Assembly: GCA_041178085.1 (NCBI GenBank)
Contig: JBEGVZ010000068.1
Coordinates: 1-39,427, forward strand
Length of the DNA stretch: 39,427 bases
Direction of reading: 5' to 3'
Origin: Pseudomonadota bacterium
GTDB taxonomy: Bacteria > Bdellovibrionota_B > Oligoflexia > Oligoflexales > RGVZ01
In this document: positions 36,901 to 39,427 of the stretch, piece by piece
Position numbering within the stretch: position 1 is the stretch's first letter
Layout of the letters: the number at the start of each line of letters is the position of its first letter
Position numbers and translations under genes: made by a program
The notes under the pieces: model-generated
The model's input: only the letters and a program-made list of their open reading frames with translations
Databases searched by the model: none
Told to the model about the DNA's origin: nothing

Positions 36901-38976
36901 GCTGCTAGAATATTCGGCGCCATCAAATGTACGAAAGAAAAACCCTCCGTCGCCGCTGGAATTCGGTGTGGGTGTAAACGTGAAATCACCCGTAGATGGA
37001 TTCGTGATTCTGACAGATCCAAGTGAAGCAGTGCCCACTGCGCTGTAAGTGATTGCGTCACCATCGATATCGCTTCCACGAAGTTTACCCGAGAAGCTTT
37101 TGTCTTCCTCGGTAACGAATGAATTACTCAATGCGACAGGGGTGTCGTTCACCTTCGACACCGAAACGCTCACGGTTCCGACATTCGAATCAACTGAACC
37201 ATCCTGAACTTTAAACTGGAAGGAATCTTGTCCGTAAAAATTTGCGGTTGGGGTATAAATGAAGGCCCCTGTCGATGGGGCCACTGTGACCTTGCCGTTG
37301 GTTGGATTTGTTGCGATGCTGTAGACGAGGGAATCACCATCAACGTCTGTCGCTTCTAGGAAACCTGCTTTGCTCTGGTCCTCAGGCGTTAGCACCGAAA
37401 AACTGTTCGCCACTGGTGCATCATTTACTTGATCAAGCCTGACTTGGATGGTCCCTACCGTGAATGTTCTATTATCGTCGCTCACCCCGTAGGAGAAGAC
37501 ATCGTTTCCGGTCGCATTTGCGTTTGGCGTGTAAGTGTAGGTGCCTGTCGCTGAATTGGTGATTGTCACGGTGCCTTTCGCGGGTAACGTGAGTATCTTA
37601 AAAGTCAACGTTGTGCTGTCGATATCCACGCCAACAAGCTGGCCTGAACTAACCACATCTTCACTGATGTTAAGATTTCCATCCGCCGGGATGGGGCGGT
37701 CATTGACTGGATCGATCCGTATCGTAACAGTTGCGAAAGACTGAAGCGAGCCATCGCTTAGGCTGATGATAAAGGTGTCTATTCCGTTTGCATTAGCTGA
37801 TGGCCTGTAGCGGTACTTGTTGCGGTTGCCGTCTTTAATAATCGAGGCCGAGCCTTTGCTGGGGTGTGAATGAATGGAATAGACTAGGTGGTCGTTGCTA
37901 GTATCAATGTCAAAACCATCCAAAAATGCTTCAAAACTATAATCCTCCATAGTGCTTGTGGAAATATCCGAAATTGTAGGCGGATCATTCACATTGTCGA
38001 TCGTGAGCGTCACAGTTTCGTAATCTGATGCTCTACTGCCATCGCTTACTCCGTAGGCGAATGTTACGGTTCCGTTGAGGTTCGGCTGCGGCTGCAATGT
38101 GAACGTGCCCTTGCTGGAATCAACCCACTGGAAGCGGCCCAAAGATTCCTCAATTTTGACGAAAAAGGTAAGAGGGTCACCATCCGGGTCTGTTGCTGGT
38201 AGAGTTCCAGTCAAGAGGTTATCTTCTTGAATCATGAAACTAATCGGAAACGAAACCGGTGGCTGGTTGACGGGCGTGATTGAGATCCTGACGGTTGCGA
38301 TATTGGAATTTCCAAATCCGTCACTTGCAAGATATGTGAACGAATCCAGCCCATTTTCGAAAGAATGTGGACTATAAGAAAATTTTCCTGAAGACGCATC
38401 AGTGAGCGTAACATGGCCCTTCGTCGGCAGCCCGACCACTCGAAAAGTTGCATTCTGTCCGTCCACGTCAGATACAGACATAGCACCTGTGACGGAAACG
38501 TTTTCGAGGGTTTCGAAATCCAGATCCTTTGCGATAGGTAGGTCGTTTTCAGATGAAATAATAACTGTTGCCGTGGTTGTTGTTGTAATGACACCGTCCG
38601 AGATCCTGAGGCCAAAGCTGTCTTCGCCAAACTGATTGGGGTTGGGTTGGTATTCAATATGTCCGTTTTGGATTTCTCCGGCCAGGACGCCTTTTTTAGG
38701 TGGAATCGTTATCGAATATGTAAGACTACGTCCGATTGAGCTCCGGGCTTGTATTGATCCTTTCACCGGTGAGTCTTCCTTGGTGGACAATTTTACAGGG
38801 GAAACGTGTATCGTAACTGGGGTTTCCGGTGAGGGTTTTGAAGAAGGTGTGGGAGTTGTCCGTGCGTCGTTACGGCTGGTTTCGGTTGCGTCCGTCGATT
38901 CGCTTTGCACAACAACGGTCTCTAGCCCACAGGCGAGGAACACGACCGGCAATAGAAACAACGACCAAGCTTTCAT
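33985..38976 (-). CDS. Giant surface lipoprotein/adhesin (1663 aa): about 10 tandem cadherin-like Ig (tandem-95/Big_9) repeats, beta-propeller, C-terminal GLUG-motif domain
   Basis: GGGGGG SD-like run before ATG 38976. MKAWSLFLLPVVFLAC lipobox. Nine (V/I/E)N(D/Q).P repeat junctions with ED, D.DGD.L and YTP..N..G.D.F motifs. Propeller-like W..K..G repeats. GG.G...DPF.I, F.G.FDGNG..I.NL, GGLVG/GGIAG motifs, WDF..TW...YP.L. Confidence 0.9.
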   Translation of the reverse strand: MKAWSLFLLPVVFLACGLETVVVQSESTDATETSRNDARTTPTPSSKPSPETPVTIHVSPVKLSTKEDSPVKGSIQARSSIGRSLTYSITIPPKKGVLAGEIQNGHIEYQPNPNQFGEDSFGLRISDGVITTTTTATVIISSENDLPIAKDLDFETLENVSVTGAMSVSDVDGQNATFRVVGLPTKGHVTLTDASSGKFSYSPHSFENGLDSFTYLASDGFGNSNIATVRISITPVNQPPVSFPISFMIQEDNLLTGTLPATDPDGDPLTFFVKIEESLGRFQWVDSSKGTFTLQPQPNLNGTVTFAYGVSDGSRASDYETVTLTIDNVNDPPTISDISTSTMEDYSFEAFLDGFDIDTSNDHLVYSIHSHPSKGSASIIKDGNRNKYRYRPSANANGIDTFIISLSDGSLQSFATVTIRIDPVNDRPIPADGNLNISEDVVSSGQLVGVDIDSTTLTFKILTLPAKGTVTITNSATGTYTYTPNANATGNDVFSYGVSDDNRTFTVGTIQVRLDQVNDAPVANSFSVLTPEDQSKAGFLEATDVDGDSLVYSIATNPTNGKVTVAPSTGAFIYTPTANFYGQDSFQFKVQDGSVDSNVGTVSVSVSKVNDTPVALSNSFVTEEDKSFSGKLRGSDIDGDAITYSAVGTASLGSVRITNPSTGDFTFTPTPNSSGDGGFFFRTFDGAEYSSSQWISLTITPINDPPTVQPQSLTVTEDFGRSGRIDATDVDSSNLLFQILSTPLKGSVVLTNSATGAYSYTPRANANGTDSFEFSVSDGSFSVTGTVKIEIQPVNDPPSAYGGSVTINEDDPLLGRVVANDPDQDVLVFLASTPPQNGSLQLNSSTGEFTYTPRLEWSGQDGFTIFVSDGKGGTALPSYTVNVLTVNDPPRLSDATMTVEYQENPDYYLTTATISLIYKVWDDYAGNKKFSIVTQATHGKVFLLDEVGGVFAYQPNSGLPTTDSFQVKVNDGVSDSLSATVRVVSLGQGYTEDLTRIFGGPSTDSVPSIASSKDGNIILAQSVYRGDLRCSSMGSLTKVNVAGDSIWSKSTNILGENSCDGKISDVGVDDADSIYVGGLSPDGSYFIASHDSSGSIRWKSFSSSKSVTQVNAAFNRKGESFLLYMINNPPSRPRLAKYSEDGKLAWEVDAAGLSRIAASEDGGVVGFSTTNTISKFSPSGTTIWTKNTGLSGQTTGTVAQDGRIYIVGNLGGYRTVEFYSPDGTPGNRVSHERAKPNAAIALGPNNEVFVLFTESYSNSFFNASLHQYSRDLNLGWTSQNLTPGVKDLAVSGTDNVFAAGLVAGQAGSSLNGQSIIGKEDGYLIKFGPASRYCKGAKLTSTPYAGGTGDYADPFKICSAKQLNAIGGRPQDWNLNFVLKDNIDLSSFDGVTNSFQPIGGATFSNTPFTGGFDGNGYEIRNLKLSMAEEDNVGLFRIVRGPAKIRNLGFNGVNVTGKSTVGTLVGYAGAGSTPFEEKAAPAIQNIYAINGTVTAKDSQAGGLVGNNHESSIVTESFSNINVSAFFRAGGIAGSNWGTISNCYSSGSVNSNSAAGGLVGYLAKTFGNGGIIDSCYASGPVSSQTSLQGGLLGQLSEGTINSSFWDKEVTGQTLSPGSNSTSGKTTLEMKLQDTFAPAGATTGWDFVSTWVMSKDPGYPVLRRAGR

Positions 38977-39096
38977 CGGCCCCCCAAACAAAGACAACCA
39001 AAGAGTCTTCGGTTCGTTTAGGTTAGTTATTAAGGGACTTATAATATTCTTATTTTTAAGCGTGATTTCGCGTTCTTACGAAATTCCCCAGGAGGC

Positions 39097-39193
39097 TGGC
39101 AGGGTGAGCACAAGGTTGCCATCGTCATTTCATCGACAAGCGCTCGTTATAAACCATTGTATTTGGAGCAGTTAACGATTTCGGGAGAGGGGC
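39097..39193. repeat. 97-bp degenerate direct repeat, copy 2
   Basis: Gapless manual alignment to 33268-33364 gives 81/97 identities. Confidence 0.9.
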
Positions 39194-39309
39194 TACTTCT
39201 GAACCGGCTTCTTCGGCCCCTAAACCAGCCTTAGTCGAATAACAGGAAGTTGTAACACCGTCCTGTTAAACTTTCGTCTCCACGCTGCGGATGCCGTGTA
39301 CGTCCGTAG

Positions 39310-39427
39310 TATAGTGCTCCCCGTTTCAAGTAGACCACCAAAGCTGCTATAGAGGAGGTTCTTTTATGGCAAGTTTTGAGGGTAGTTCAGTGGTCGAATT
39401 CCAACGCTGGACCGGTAAGCGCAAGGC
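39310..39427 (+). mobile_element. Left end of a probable IS3-family insertion sequence (truncated by window edge)
   Basis: TATAGTGCTCCCCGTTTCAAGTAGACCACC resembles IS3-family terminal inverted repeats and is followed closely by an RBS and an OrfA-like start. Confidence 0.65.
39366..39427 (+). CDS. IS3-family transposase OrfA / DUF1153-like N-terminus (partial)
   Basis: AGAGGAGG RBS, then MASFEGSSVVEFQRWTGKRK(A). RWTxKRKA is characteristic of DUF1153-type IS3 OrfA HTH proteins. Confidence 0.7.
   Translation, partial: MASFEGSSVVEFQRWTGKRK

Noticed and set aside
39240..39268. TAACAGGA / TCCTGTTA inverted repeat resembling attC ends
   Set aside because: Too short for attC and no integrase in view. 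It may be a protein-binding site or chance.

Overview
A 39.4-kb bacterial chromosomal window, most likely from Bdellovibrionota (probably Oligoflexia-like). This is inferred from a TIGR02147/DUF4423 gene, several large Ig-repeat and Kelch lipoproteins, and repeated FliA-type promoter motifs. Left to right: (1) the 3' end of a MacAB-TolC-type export operon; (2) DnaJ-class chaperone, NUDIX and DUF952 genes on the minus strand; (3) recJ translationally coupled to a five-gene lipid-modification cluster (FAD oxidoreductase, DUF1365, Cfa-family methyltransferase, DUF1295, second methyltransferase) that resembles the furan-fatty-acid UfaD/UfaO/UfaM set; (4) a secreted hypothetical protein, a CAP-domain lipoprotein, an HNH nuclease, serB and a lipoprotein behind a sigma54-like promoter; (5) an orphan OppA-like binding protein divergent from a CHASE2-adenylate cyclase-PilZ fusion; (6) a hypothetical protein and an Ig/Kelch lipoprotein; (7) a minus-strand panP-amidohydrolase-kynB-thermonuclease operon; (8) a TIGR02147 gene divergent from a metzincin lipoprotein; (9) a lower-GC accessory segment in which a 1663-aa cadherin-like/propeller/GLUG lipoprotein lies between two copies of an unannotated 97-bp direct repeat (81/97 identical), followed by the left end of an IS3-family element. 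No rRNA, tRNA or CRISPR array was seen. All calls come from motif recognition by eye; no database searches were run.
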